A DNA stretch of 61,101 bases, the filler included. It is 7 parts of 7 records of this genome, joined end to end, with 100 filler letters (N's around TTAATTAATTAA, not from the genome) between each part and the next. Parts side by side here need not be neighbours in the genome. Positions count along the whole stretch, not along the records: positions 1 to 16,761 come from SRR31156797_63769; 6 more parts are not named here. One strand, 5' to 3'. Below the pieces are notes generated by a model that saw only the letters and a program-made list of their open reading frames with translations, did no database searches and was not told the DNA's origin. Position 1 is the stretch's first letter. Each line of letters begins with the position of its first letter. Positions 1 to 9,832 of the stretch are shown here, piece by piece. The position numbers were made by a program, and so were the translations under genes.

Positions 1-130
1 TGGCGGTCTCGTTCAATTGACCGATCATCAGTGTATCCATGAGGGCCATGGAGGAGTTGAGGAAATTCTGGAAAATAATCGGCAGGGCCAGCTTGAATAA
101 AAGGTTGATGAAATCCATGTTTTGCTCCAT
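1..130 (-). CDS. MATE-family efflux transporter, N-terminal part (runs off the window start)
   Basis: Manual translation from ATG at 130 gives MEQNMDFINLLFKLALPIIFQNFLNSSMALMDTLMIGQLNETA, the typical MATE N-terminus (LALPxxxQN...DxxMIGQL). Not in the ORF track. Confidence 0.85.
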   Translation of the reverse strand, partial: MEQNMDFINLLFKLALPIIFQNFLNSSMALMDTLMIGQLNETA

Positions 131-431
131 TGATAACTAATCATCAAAAAAAGTGAAAAGTCCGGTTGGAGCCTTTGAGGGATTGTAAAAAACAACCCGG
201 TTGATTCAGACCTTTGCCGCGCAGATGGGACCGATATCCTTATTGACTGGAAACAGCATTGGCTTTTTCGTGTAACGCTCACCACCTGGAAAAACAGGAA
301 AGACCCTGGGAGCAGGGCAAGCAAAAATGACAATGATTGTCAGGATTCCATTGCTCCAGGTAAACAAGGCGGTGAATAATGCCGGTGGCAAACAGGCCCC
401 CGGAAGACTCCTTGAATTACCGGAAAGCGTA

Positions 432-1148
432 TCATAATTTTTCGGAAAAGGCTCCAAAAGAATGCCCCCTTTTTTCTTGGGCGGATTTTTCCTTTTTCTG
501 GAGAAGGCGCCTGAGTATATAACCGCGGGCAAGTCCGGCTACCCGTGATAATTCCACGGTGATATTGATGTTTTCCTTTATGGTTTTTCCTTTGACTAAC
601 TTTTTTCTGATCAGATCCTCCTGTTCTATGATCTCTTTCCCAAATCGTATGTAGAATCCGAAATCCTCAAGTTCGAGGCCCATTTCCATGAGATGCTTCA
701 GAACATCCCTGCCAAAACGGATATCTTCATGATTATAGCCTTTTTGACTGTTTTCGTTGAGATAGGGCATGATTACCTGGATTCTCTCCGCTTCACGGAG
801 CTCGGCAGGGGTCAAACCGGTACATTCCAGGAATTCCTCTTCGTCCACCAGGTTTTTTGTCTCTTCCGGCCCTGCACCGAATACTGAATTTTCGATCGCT
901 TCGGCATTCTCGAGGCTCAGCCCCTGGTCCATGCGCTTCAGGATGGTTTTGATCAGGGATAACGGGTAGCGGCGTGCGTTTTTTAGAAAAAGAATCGCCC
1001 GGATCTTTTCGATGCAGCTTTTGTCATAATAGGACATGTTCCTATTTACTTTTACTGGATCGGGAAGCAGTCCCTGGGATACATAATACCGTATCGTCGA
1101 TGTCGCCACCTTCGTTCTTTTCGCCAGTTCGCTAATTTTTAAATCCAT
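432..1148 (-). CDS. MerR-family transcriptional regulator
   Basis: N-terminal LKISELAKRTKVATSTIRYYVSQGLLP is a MerR HTH, with a second HTH-like segment near residue 100. Divergent from the acyl-CoA dehydrogenase operon. Confidence 0.9.
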   Translation of the reverse strand: MDLKISELAKRTKVATSTIRYYVSQGLLPDPVKVNRNMSYYDKSCIEKIRAILFLKNARRYPLSLIKTILKRMDQGLSLENAEAIENSVFGAGPEETKNLVDEEEFLECTGLTPAELREAERIQVIMPYLNENSQKGYNHEDIRFGRDVLKHLMEMGLELEDFGFYIRFGKEIIEQEDLIRKKLVKGKTIKENINITVELSRVAGLARGYILRRLLQKKEKSAQEKRGHSFGAFSEKL

Positions 1149-1238
1149 TGTGATCGCCTTTGAAAAAAAGTGTTACGTTTGTACGTGGCTGTGTCTGTCA
1201 AGGGGAACCGGATTAAAAATCGCCGTTAAAAAAAATGC

Positions 1239-1310
1239 TTGACTTTTATAATAATCATAAATATAAAAAAAATAAAGTTTAAACTTTGAAGTTAAACTTT
1301 AAACTTTGAA
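1239..1310 (+). promoter_or_regulatory. sigma70-type promoter and putative operator of the acyl-CoA dehydrogenase operon
   Basis: TTGACT (1239)-17 bp-TATAAA (1262), followed by the perfect palindrome AAAGTTTAAACTTT (1274-1287) and further AAACTTT repeats. Confidence 0.6.
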
Positions 1311-1466
1311 TCCCGCTCATTCAGAAAAGTGCCATCTACTCAATTGATACTTTGATACTTCTTTGCTGCCAGGAATGAATTGATACGGTTCATCCTTTGT
1401 TTTTTTCAGGCTTTTTTAAGACATAACGCGGTTTGAATAAGTGTAAGCGACCCAGGGAGCGCAATT

Positions 1467-2612
1467 ATGTTTTGTGCATCAAAAACACAGATTGAGATCC
1501 GGAAAGCTGCAAGGGAGTTCGCCAAAGGGGAATTTGACAAGGATCAGGCCCATGAACTGGATAAAAATTGCGAATTCCCTGAAGTAATATGGGAAAAGGC
1601 GGCGGACCTCGGGTTTATCGGTATCCATTTCCCTGAGGAATACGGCGGGGGAGGGCTTGGCATATTTGAGAATGTCCTGATTATCGAGGAATTCTGCCGC
1701 AGGGATTCCAGTATCGGAATGGCGCTTTCCCTTGGCGGATTTGCATCTGAATGCGTGTTGCGCTTTGCCTCGGATTCCTTGAGGGAAAAATTCATCGCCG
1801 GCATCGCAGAAGGTAAAATGATGTCCGGCGGGGCGTTTTCCGAAACCGAACGGGGGGGCGATTTTACGGATATACAAACCCGGGCTGTCAAAAAAGATGA
1901 CAGATGGATCATAGCCGGTAAAAAGACACATGTCTTAAACGGCGTACAGGCCGGGTTTTATGTCGTGCTCTGCCGGACAGGGGACGGCGGAGCCCATGGC
2001 CGTGGCATCAGCATGATACTGGTCGAATCCGGCCGTCCCGGTGTAACTGCTGAAAACAGCGGCAGGAAACTGGGGGGCAACATGACCGCCACGGCCAGCG
2101 TTTGCTTTGATGATGTGGCTGTGCCTGTTTCCAATTTGATCGGGGAAGAGGGAAACGGGCTTTCCCAGTTGCGTGCCTTCCAGGATGAAGCCAGGATCGT
2201 CTTTGCCGCCCAGGGGATTGGAATTGCTTTAGGCGCTTTTGACCGGACCCTCGAGTACATAAAAGGGCGGGAGCAGTTTGGCCGGAAAATCGCCGGGTTC
2301 AAGGTGAATCAGCATAAGATCGCGGATATGGCGACCCAAATTGAACTTGCCCGGCTGATCACCTATAAGGCGGCCTTATCGGCGGATAACCGGAACAGCG
2401 ACGGCAGCCTTTCCGCAATGGCCAAGCTCACGGCCGCAAGGACCGCCATGGAAGTCGGCGCCCAGGCCATACAGCTGCTTGGCGGATACGGGTACATGAC
2501 CGAGTACGAAGTTGAGCGATACTACCGTGACGCAAAGGTGATCGAGCTGCTTGGGGGCACCCGGACAACCCAGAAAGATGCCATTGCAGGAAGTGTGATC
2601 GGAAACATATAA
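1467..2612 (+). CDS. Acyl-CoA dehydrogenase family protein (probable non-catalytic subunit)
   Basis: ACAD motifs REQFG and QLLGGYGY..EY.VERYYRDAK are present. The TEPxxGSD motif is degenerate (SETERGGD) and neither canonical catalytic position carries Glu. Confidence 0.9.
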   Translation: MFCASKTQIEIRKAAREFAKGEFDKDQAHELDKNCEFPEVIWEKAADLGFIGIHFPEEYGGGGLGIFENVLIIEEFCRRDSSIGMALSLGGFASECVLRFASDSLREKFIAGIAEGKMMSGGAFSETERGGDFTDIQTRAVKKDDRWIIAGKKTHVLNGVQAGFYVVLCRTGDGGAHGRGISMILVESGRPGVTAENSGRKLGGNMTATASVCFDDVAVPVSNLIGEEGNGLSQLRAFQDEARIVFAAQGIGIALGAFDRTLEYIKGREQFGRKIAGFKVNQHKIADMATQIELARLITYKAALSADNRNSDGSLSAMAKLTAARTAMEVGAQAIQLLGGYGYMTEYEVERYYRDAKVIELLGGTRTTQKDAIAGSVIGNI

Positions 2613-2636
2613 ATACCGGGATAATGAGGATAGATA

Positions 2637-3779
2637 ATGGGACCATTGAAATATACCGGGGAACATGATGCGTTCCGTCAACGGGTGCGCGGCTTTCTTG
2701 CCAAAGAGGTGGTTGCCTTTGCCGATCAATGGGAAAAGGACCGCATCGTTCCTAAAAGCGCCTGGAAAAAGATGGGGGCGGAAGGGTTCTTGTGTACGGC
2801 TGTTTCAAAAAGATACGGAGGGCCGGACAAGGATTTCCTTTACTCGGTGATTGTGGCGGAGGAGATGGTGAAAACCGGCCAGAGCGGCCTTGTATCCGGC
2901 CTGCACAGTGATATTGTCGTGCCCTATATTGGATCATTCGGTTCCGAAAAACTCAAGGAAAAATACCTTCCGGGATGTGTCTCAGGGGATATCATAACGG
3001 CCGTGGCCATGACGGAACCCAATGCCGGAAGCGACCTTGCCTCCATGGAAACCACCGCCGTTGAAGACGGCGATGAAGTGGTCATCAACGGTTCCAAAAT
3101 TTTCATATCCAACGGCGTCAACTGCGATATCGTGATACTGGCGGCAAAGGACCCCGGGGTTGAGAATAAATATGAAGCCGTCTCCCTCTATATCGTTGAA
3201 AACGGCACCAGCGGATTTACCCGGGGCAGGAAACTTGAAAAAATGGGAATGCACAGCCAGGACACGGCGGAACTCTTCTTCACCGATTGCCGGATTCCCA
3301 AAAGCAACCTTTTGGGTGAAAAAGGGGCCGGGTTTATCATGCTGATGCAGAAGCTGCAGCAGGAACGGCTGGTCAGTGCGATCTGGAATGTGGCGGCGGC
3401 CGAGCAGATCCTCGAGATCCTGGTGGCGTATTGTAAAAGAACCGTTGTGGACGGAAAACCCCTTTCGAAAAACCAGGCCATCCGGTTTACCCTTGCTGAG
3501 ATGGCCACTGAAGTCAAAATGAACCGGGTGTTTCTGGACCATGTGATTTCCCGGCATATGGAAGGGGAAGATGTGACCCAGGAGACCATGATGACCAAAC
3601 TGGCGAGCTCTGAAATGAGTAATCATATGATAGACAAGGCCCTGGATCTGTACGGCGAATCCGGCACCCTTGAAAGCAATCCCCTTGTGCGGTGGTTCCG
3701 TGATCTCAGGGTCAACACGATTTTTGCCGGGACAACGGAAATCATGAAAACCATCATTGCCGGAATAATGAAGTTATAA
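2637..3779 (+). CDS. Acyl-CoA dehydrogenase family protein (LCAD-type catalytic Glu)
   Basis: AMTEPNAGSD, GSKIFISNG, KMGMHSQDTAEL, LQQERL and IFAGTTEIMK motifs. Confidence 0.92.
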   Translation: MGPLKYTGEHDAFRQRVRGFLAKEVVAFADQWEKDRIVPKSAWKKMGAEGFLCTAVSKRYGGPDKDFLYSVIVAEEMVKTGQSGLVSGLHSDIVVPYIGSFGSEKLKEKYLPGCVSGDIITAVAMTEPNAGSDLASMETTAVEDGDEVVINGSKIFISNGVNCDIVILAAKDPGVENKYEAVSLYIVENGTSGFTRGRKLEKMGMHSQDTAELFFTDCRIPKSNLLGEKGAGFIMLMQKLQQERLVSAIWNVAAAEQILEILVAYCKRTVVDGKPLSKNQAIRFTLAEMATEVKMNRVFLDHVISRHMEGEDVTQETMMTKLASSEMSNHMIDKALDLYGESGTLESNPLVRWFRDLRVNTIFAGTTEIMKTIIAGIMKL

Positions 3780-3812
3780 GTCGTTATAAATGAACCCGTA
3801 AAGGAGCGAAAC

Positions 3813-5351
3813 ATGCAAAAAAAGTCGACAGGCACGTTCAATATCGGCAATTTCCTTAAAGTCGCCGCAATTCGGTACCGGGACAGGGAAGCGGTTTACT
3901 GCAGCACCACCGGCCGCAGGTACACCTTTCTTGAGCTCAACGACCGGGTCAACCGCCTAGCCAACGGGCTCATGGCCATGGGATTGAAAAAGAATGATGT
4001 GGCGGCGTTCATCTGTACAAACCGCAGTGAAATTCTCGAGATCTTTTTTGCCCTTGCCAAGATCGGCGTGGTTGGCGTTCCCCTGAACTATCGCCTTGCC
4101 ACGGAGGAAATGATCGACCTTGTAAACCATTGCAATGCCGGCGCTTTTTTGTATGATCCCTGGTTCGGTGAAATCGCCGAAAAAGTGCGGGGCAGGCTTC
4201 CCGGGGTTACGGCTTTTGTGGGAATGGGAGAGAATCTCCCGGAATTTGTAACCGATTATGAAACCCTCATTGCCGGGAACTCTTCTGAAGAACCCGGGGT
4301 TGAAATTTCCGAAGAGGATGTCCAGTATTTCAACCTTACTTCCGGAACAACCGGACACCCAAAGGTATATACCCTGACCCACTATAACAATGCCGCCGCT
4401 GTGTCCGTCGTTTCCGCCCACCATGACATCTCCCGGGATGATGTTATTTTGACCGCGTTCCCGATTTTCGGGCGGGTGGGATTCGGCTGGTGCCTTTGCG
4501 GTATTTTAACCGGCGCCCGCAATGTTATCCATCAGTTCCATCCAAAGGAAATCCTCGAGCTTATTGAATCCGAAAAGGCCACCGTAACCAACTGGGTGCC
4601 TGCCATGGCAAGTTTCATTCTCATGCAGGAGGAGTTCGATAAATATGACTTGTCCTCATTACGGGCCCTTATTTTTGCCTCATCCCCCCTGACAAGTGAT
4701 CTTCAGCGGGAGGTCCGGGAGCGTATCTGTCCGAACATCTACGAGTATTACGGTCTTCAGGAATCGGGGGTCCTGGTCAGTGCCGGGGCTGAAGAAAAGA
4801 TGCGCAGGCCTGATTCCGTGGGCCAGCTTGTCTTCAGCGCGGATGTGAGGATCGTGGATACCAAAGGCAATGACGTCAAGACCGGTGAAATCGGAGAGAT
4901 TATCGCACGGTCGCCGTCATCAACGTCCGGTTATTACAGGAATGAAGCAAAAAACAGGGAAAGCTTCAGAAACGGCTGGTTTTACACAGGCGATCTCGGC
5001 CGGTTTGATGGGGAAGGGTTTCTCTATCTTGCGGGACGGATTAAGGACATGATCATAACCGGCGGTCAGAACGTGTTTTCCATGGAAGTGGAGGATGTGA
5101 TCATGGGGCACCCCGGTGTGGCGGAATGTGCTGTCATCGGCCTTCCCCATAACACCTGGGGGGAGGCGGTTACGGCCGTGGTGGTGAGAAAACCGGATGT
5201 TGAGGTGACAAAAGAGGAATTGACCGACTTTGTCCGTGAAAAGATCGCCGGATTCAAAACCCCCAAGGAGATCATCTGGCATGAAGGTCCATTACCCAGA
5301 ACCCCCACCGGCAAAGTCACCAAATTTGTCCTTGTTGAAAAATACACGTGA
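3813..5351 (+). CDS. AMP-forming acyl-CoA ligase
   Basis: LTSGTTGHPK, YGLQES, TGDLG, R.KDMIITGG and PRTPTGKV motifs. Confidence 0.93.
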   Translation: MQKKSTGTFNIGNFLKVAAIRYRDREAVYCSTTGRRYTFLELNDRVNRLANGLMAMGLKKNDVAAFICTNRSEILEIFFALAKIGVVGVPLNYRLATEEMIDLVNHCNAGAFLYDPWFGEIAEKVRGRLPGVTAFVGMGENLPEFVTDYETLIAGNSSEEPGVEISEEDVQYFNLTSGTTGHPKVYTLTHYNNAAAVSVVSAHHDISRDDVILTAFPIFGRVGFGWCLCGILTGARNVIHQFHPKEILELIESEKATVTNWVPAMASFILMQEEFDKYDLSSLRALIFASSPLTSDLQREVRERICPNIYEYYGLQESGVLVSAGAEEKMRRPDSVGQLVFSADVRIVDTKGNDVKTGEIGEIIARSPSSTSGYYRNEAKNRESFRNGWFYTGDLGRFDGEGFLYLAGRIKDMIITGGQNVFSMEVEDVIMGHPGVAECAVIGLPHNTWGEAVTAVVVRKPDVEVTKEELTDFVREKIAGFKTPKEIIWHEGPLPRTPTGKVTKFVLVEKYT

Positions 5352-5430
5352 ATCGAAAAATACACATGTATTCCAACAGATGCCGGGAGATGAAAAATGG
5401 AATCCGAAGTGCTTACGGAGGTGGACAGGG

Positions 5431-5930
5431 CTATAGCTTCAGGACTTTCGCCCCTCGAATGCGCTTGGTCCTGAGCTCCACCAGGGCCTTGTTTGCGTCT
5501 TCCAGCGGAAATTCCTGAATCTCCGGTTTCAGGGCCATCCCGGCCGCAATGGTTAAAAATTCCCCGACGTCCTTCCGGCAGATGTTGGCAACGCTTTTGA
5601 TCTCCTTTCCCTGCCGCTGCGGCAGAACTTGCATTCCCCACAGGCTGAATAGATCCAGGCGATGCCGACCCGGTCTTCCGGCTTGAACCGGTTGGCTTTA
5701 TCGCCCGTTTCCTCCACGTACCCGATCACCTGATGGCCCGGAATGACCGGCAGGTGCGGGGGAGGGGTTCTGCCCTCGATCTCGTCCAGTTCCGTATGGC
5801 AAACCCCGCAGGCCGATACTTTCACCAGTATTTCCAGCTCTCCCGGAACCGGAACCGGAACATCCATGGGATCCAGCGGGGTTGGATTCCCATGGAGTTG
5901 ACAGAGCCTGTTCAATACCATTGCCTTCAT
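5431..5930 (-). pseudogene. Zinc-dependent alcohol dehydrogenase pseudogene (large internal deletion plus frameshift)
   Basis: The N-terminus (MKAMVL..CGVCHTE..GHQ..CGECKFC) is joined out of frame near 5610 to the extreme C-terminus (KEIKSVAN..ANKAL..IRGAKVL). The NAD-binding domain is missing. Confidence 0.85.
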
Positions 5931-6341
5931 TTTTCCCCGGCCCCTTTCCTGTTGTTCCATTGCGAGGTCATGCCCTCTATCATTTATAGTCTCCACGATT
6001 TTAAAATGGTCAAGGGCGTCGGCCTTCCGGTCATGGAAAACGTTCCTTACTTTTCCGTTCATTTTCTTTTCCTGATTGATTTTTTGAAGAACTCTTTGTA
6101 TAGAGCGTATGTCGCTTGCATTATTTTAAAAAAGCGATGGTTGTCCAGGGTAAAACGGAATGGGGGCCATTGATCGATCATGGCTCATGGAAACTGAAAC
6201 GTTGGAGCTATGATGACTATACTTATGAAGAAAAAGGAGACAACCTGCCGCAGTCCGCACTGAATTGTAAGTCTTAAAGAGCGAAACGAGCATTGAAAGA
6301 ATCGTTTTATTTCATGAAGAACATATGAGAAGGAGTATCAG

Positions 6342-7595
6342 ATGAGTATCATTTCAGAGATCGAATTGTATCATGTCCGCATTCCCTTGAAAAAAACATT
6401 CTATCCCAGCTGGATTCCCGGATATCCCTCAACCGACAACAGGTTTGACCTGATCCGCGTGGTCACCAAAAGCGGTGTGGAAGGATATTCCGCAGGGCCT
6501 GCCATTTCCAATGAAAGGCAGGGGCTTGGAGAGCTGATCGCTCCTTACCTCATCGGTGTGGATGCCCTGGATATGGATCTTGTTCTCCAGAGGCTCAGGG
6601 AGGTTTCCTACCTGGGCGTGCGGGCCAACTGGATCGAACCCGCGTTCTGGGATATCCGCGGTAAGATTGAACGCAAATCCGTGTATGAACTTTTCGGCGG
6701 CAGAACCAAGCCGGTGGAACTCTATGCTTCCACTGGAGAGCTCAAATCCGCGGAAAAGCGCATCGAGGAAGCGGAAAAACGGTATGATGAAGGGTTCAGG
6801 ACCATCAAACTCCGGGTCCATGATTTTGACAGGAAGGAGGATGTCAGGCAGGTTGAAGCGGTTGCCAAGGCCGTTGGGCATAAGATGAAAATCGGAGTGG
6901 ATGCCAACCAGGGCTGGCGGGTAACCATTGTCAACGATGCCCCCCTGTGGGATCTTGACCGTGCCATGTATTTTGCCGATGCCTGCCATGACCTGGGTGT
7001 TTCATGGCTCGAAGAACCGCTGCCCATGGACGACTTTGACGCCTTGACCGAACTGACCGACTACAGCAGGGTGCCCATCAGCGGCGGAGAGATTCACACC
7101 AACGGATATCCTGAGCTCAAGGTGATGGTCGAGAAAAAATGCTACGACATCTTCCAGCCGGACAGCATCATGACCGGCGGAATCAAGCAGACCCTGGATA
7201 TCGCCGATTGCTGCCGGGAAAACGGCCTTGGATTTACGCCCCACACCTGGACAAACGGCATCGGTTTTGCCGTAAACCTTCAGGTGATGCTGGCAAGCGG
7301 TTTCAATGGCGTCAAACCCCTTGAATATCCCCTGGATCCCCCCTCATGGACCATTGAAAAACGGGACGGCCTGTTGAGAAAACCCTTTGCCCATGACAAC
7401 GGATTCATGAGGCCCCCGGCCCTTGACGGCCTTGGATTTGAGATTGATGGGGACCAGCTGAAAAAATATGGAAAGCGGTTCTTTCACATGAACAGGCGCA
7501 AACTGATCTTTCATGCCATCCGGGACAAGGGCCTGATAAACGCCGCCAAGCTCCAATACAACCGAAGCAAATACGGGGTGAACATAAATCAGTAA
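6342..7595 (+). CDS. Mandelate racemase/muconate lactonising enzyme (enolase superfamily) protein
   Basis: YAS, KLR, VDANQG, WLEEP, GGE, QPD and PH motifs of the MR-like subgroup. Substrate unknown. Confidence 0.88.
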   Translation: MSIISEIELYHVRIPLKKTFYPSWIPGYPSTDNRFDLIRVVTKSGVEGYSAGPAISNERQGLGELIAPYLIGVDALDMDLVLQRLREVSYLGVRANWIEPAFWDIRGKIERKSVYELFGGRTKPVELYASTGELKSAEKRIEEAEKRYDEGFRTIKLRVHDFDRKEDVRQVEAVAKAVGHKMKIGVDANQGWRVTIVNDAPLWDLDRAMYFADACHDLGVSWLEEPLPMDDFDALTELTDYSRVPISGGEIHTNGYPELKVMVEKKCYDIFQPDSIMTGGIKQTLDIADCCRENGLGFTPHTWTNGIGFAVNLQVMLASGFNGVKPLEYPLDPPSWTIEKRDGLLRKPFAHDNGFMRPPALDGLGFEIDGDQLKKYGKRFFHMNRRKLIFHAIRDKGLINAAKLQYNRSKYGVNINQ

Positions 7596-7629
7596 TCTCC
7601 CGCCCTCACAGGGCCGGGGGAAACTTGAA

Positions 7630-7659
7630 ACCGGCGATACCCCTTGGGGTGACGCCGGT
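7630..7659. terminator. GC-rich hairpin between convergent genes
   Basis: ACCGGCG-ATACCCC-TT-GGGGTGA-CGCCGGT stem-loop; U-tract weak. Confidence 0.5.
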
Positions 7660-7689
7660 CTCTTCCCACGGTTTCCTTGGGCTGGAACC

Positions 7690-9006
7690 CTATGGATGAT
7701 TCAGCGGCTGGTTCCCCATGTGTGTTTTTTTCGTCATTTTCATGACCAGTTCCATCAACATGGCGCAGGCGAAGGAGGGAATGACCCAGGAGAAATCCGA
7801 CTCGTAGAATGGCAGGTGTGATATGAGCTTGCCCGCAAGCCCCGTGTCGATCTTCAGATAGGACAACGCATCAAAAACGCTCACAACCAGGGCGCCCATC
7901 ACGGCGCCGCGATAGAAATGCGAGCTGATTTTTCTGGAGGCAATGGTGAGCACGATCAGAACAATGACCACCGGATAGGCAATAACCAGGAGGGGGATTG
8001 AAAATTTGATGATGTTCTCGATGCCGGATACCGAAATCGCCATGCTGAATATGGTGGTCACAAGGACAATCAGCCGATAACTTACTTTTCCCTTGGTTTC
8101 CTTTTCAAAATAGTTGCCGACAACCGCGGTCAGGCCGATGGAGGTGGTCAGGCAGGCCGCTGAAACCGCAATACACATGGCGGTGCGGCCATAGGGGCCG
8201 AACAGGGTATTGGTGATGGTGATGAGAAGATCCGCCTTGGTGATACCGGCCTGGAACAGATCGCTGCCGGTGGCGCCCAGGTACAGCAGGCCGCCATAGA
8301 CGAACATCAACCCCATGCCTGCGAGCAAGCCGGCATGACAGGCCATGTTGATCTGTTTCCTGGGATCGGTATACCCTTTTTGACACAGGGATACCAGCAC
8401 CAGTCCCCCAAACAAAATGGAAGCCAGGGCATCCATGGTTTGGTACCCTTCCGAAAAGCCGTTTGAGAACGGGTTGGTAAAACCGGTATCAACAGGGGTT
8501 CCCATGGGCGCGGTGACACCTTTGGCGATAATCATGCTGATGATCAGCAGCAGCAACGGGGTCAGATATTTACCGATTTTATCAATAACGCCCGATGGTC
8601 TGAGGGCAAAAAGCAATGTGATGGAAAAGAAAACGGCCGAAACCAATAACGGATCCATATTGGGCAACAAGGGTTTGACGCCTATTTCGTATACCGTGGC
8701 GCCGGTCCTTGGAATGGCAAGGAAAGGCCCGATGGAAAGGACGATCACCGCGCCAAGCACCTTTGCAAAGCCGGGACTGACTTTCCCGGCCAGCCTGTTA
8801 AACGAACCATCGTTTTTTGCAACGGCAATGACCCCCAGTATGGGCAGGCCAACCCCGGTCATGAAAAAACCAAGCACGCACATCAGCCAGTTGTCACCCG
8901 CATGAAACCCCAGGGCCGATGGAAATATCAAGTTCCCTGCACCAAAAAACATCGCAAAAAGAGCTGCTCCGACAATCGCAACATCTTTTTTTTCTTTCCC
9001 TACCAA
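7690..9006 (-). CDS. brnQ: Branched-chain amino acid transporter (LIVCS family)
   Basis: LFAMFFGAGNLIFP, GPFLAIPRT, GYQTMDALAS and ACLTTSIGL motifs. Probable TTG start at 9006 behind a GGAGG RBS. Confidence 0.93.
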   Translation of the reverse strand: MVGKEKKDVAIVGAALFAMFFGAGNLIFPSALGFHAGDNWLMCVLGFFMTGVGLPILGVIAVAKNDGSFNRLAGKVSPGFAKVLGAVIVLSIGPFLAIPRTGATVYEIGVKPLLPNMDPLLVSAVFFSITLLFALRPSGVIDKIGKYLTPLLLLIISMIIAKGVTAPMGTPVDTGFTNPFSNGFSEGYQTMDALASILFGGLVLVSLCQKGYTDPRKQINMACHAGLLAGMGLMFVYGGLLYLGATGSDLFQAGITKADLLITITNTLFGPYGRTAMCIAVSAACLTTSIGLTAVVGNYFEKETKGKVSYRLIVLVTTIFSMAISVSGIENIIKFSIPLLVIAYPVVIVLIVLTIASRKISSHFYRGAVMGALVVSVFDALSYLKIDTGLAGKLISHLPFYESDFSWVIPSFACAMLMELVMKMTKKTHMGNQPLNHP

Positions 9007-9775
9007 ATCTAACCTCCATATTGCCGTTGAACAGGAACCCGGCAAAAATTAATCCATGCACGAAAAAAGTGTGCCGTTCCCTGCTGGGCAGGGCACACGT
9101 AAATTCATAACCGTCAAAATGATCCTGATATAATTGAAAGGCCGGCCGTTCCGTCAACTTCTCTTATTCAAGTTCCCTTTGTTCCGTCATGCCTCCGGGG
9201 GGCATTGGGATGCTTCCTCGGCCCCCTGGACACGCCGGGCGTAAATATCACGTTTCTCTACATAAATACAGGGTAAATTTCAGTTTCATCCAAAGCAGGG
9301 AAAAATTCTTTAGGGTGGATTTTAACTCGCATATCTTCGGGAAGGGAATCGGGTAAAGGTTGTTTACAAAAGGGTGTACTCTATATTGGGTAACTAAACA
9401 TCCTTTCCGGCGTAAACTATGAAAAAAAAATCATAAAACAGTGACAAAGGAGGACATATTGATACTTTTTTTTCATATATTTAATTTTGTGCTGCTGCTT
9501 TCAGGCCTTCACCAGGACCTTGAACTTGGCCGTTTTCTGCAGGTTTGCCGGCGACGCTGGAGCCAAAACTTGTGTCGATGGAGATCAATATCAGATGTAA
9601 GGGCGAAATGCCGGTGAAAAGGGTGGCGGCCAGTCAGGGGGAAGGGGCTCGGCTGAAAACAGTCCGGCGGGGGGGGGCGGTATGAGAACCGGCTGCCACC
9701 GGCCCGGGTGTCGGATAATTTTACGGGTTGATTTTGCCACGGCCCCCACAGCCCGGGAGAAATAGAACCATGGGG

Positions 9776-9820
9776 GGCATCATAACATCCCCCGGTTTGC
9801 ACCGGGGATGTTATGATGCC
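9776..9820 (-). terminator. Long hairpin downstream of the PEP-CTERM gene
   Basis: GGCATCATAACATCCCC(C)GGT-TTGC-ACCGGGGATGTTATGATGCC, a stem of about 20 bp located 12 bp after the stop codon. Confidence 0.7.
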
Positions 9821-9832
9821 ATTTAAAACAGG

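Noticed and set aside
9335-9400. Cobalamin riboswitch-like AGGGAATCGGGTAAA
   Set aside because: The complementary stem, GCCCCCGC core and B12 box are absent, and no downstream gene lies on that strand.
9509-9802. 97-aa ORF between brnQ and the PEP-CTERM gene
   Set aside because: It starts inside a terminator hairpin, lacks an RBS and has an implausible composition.
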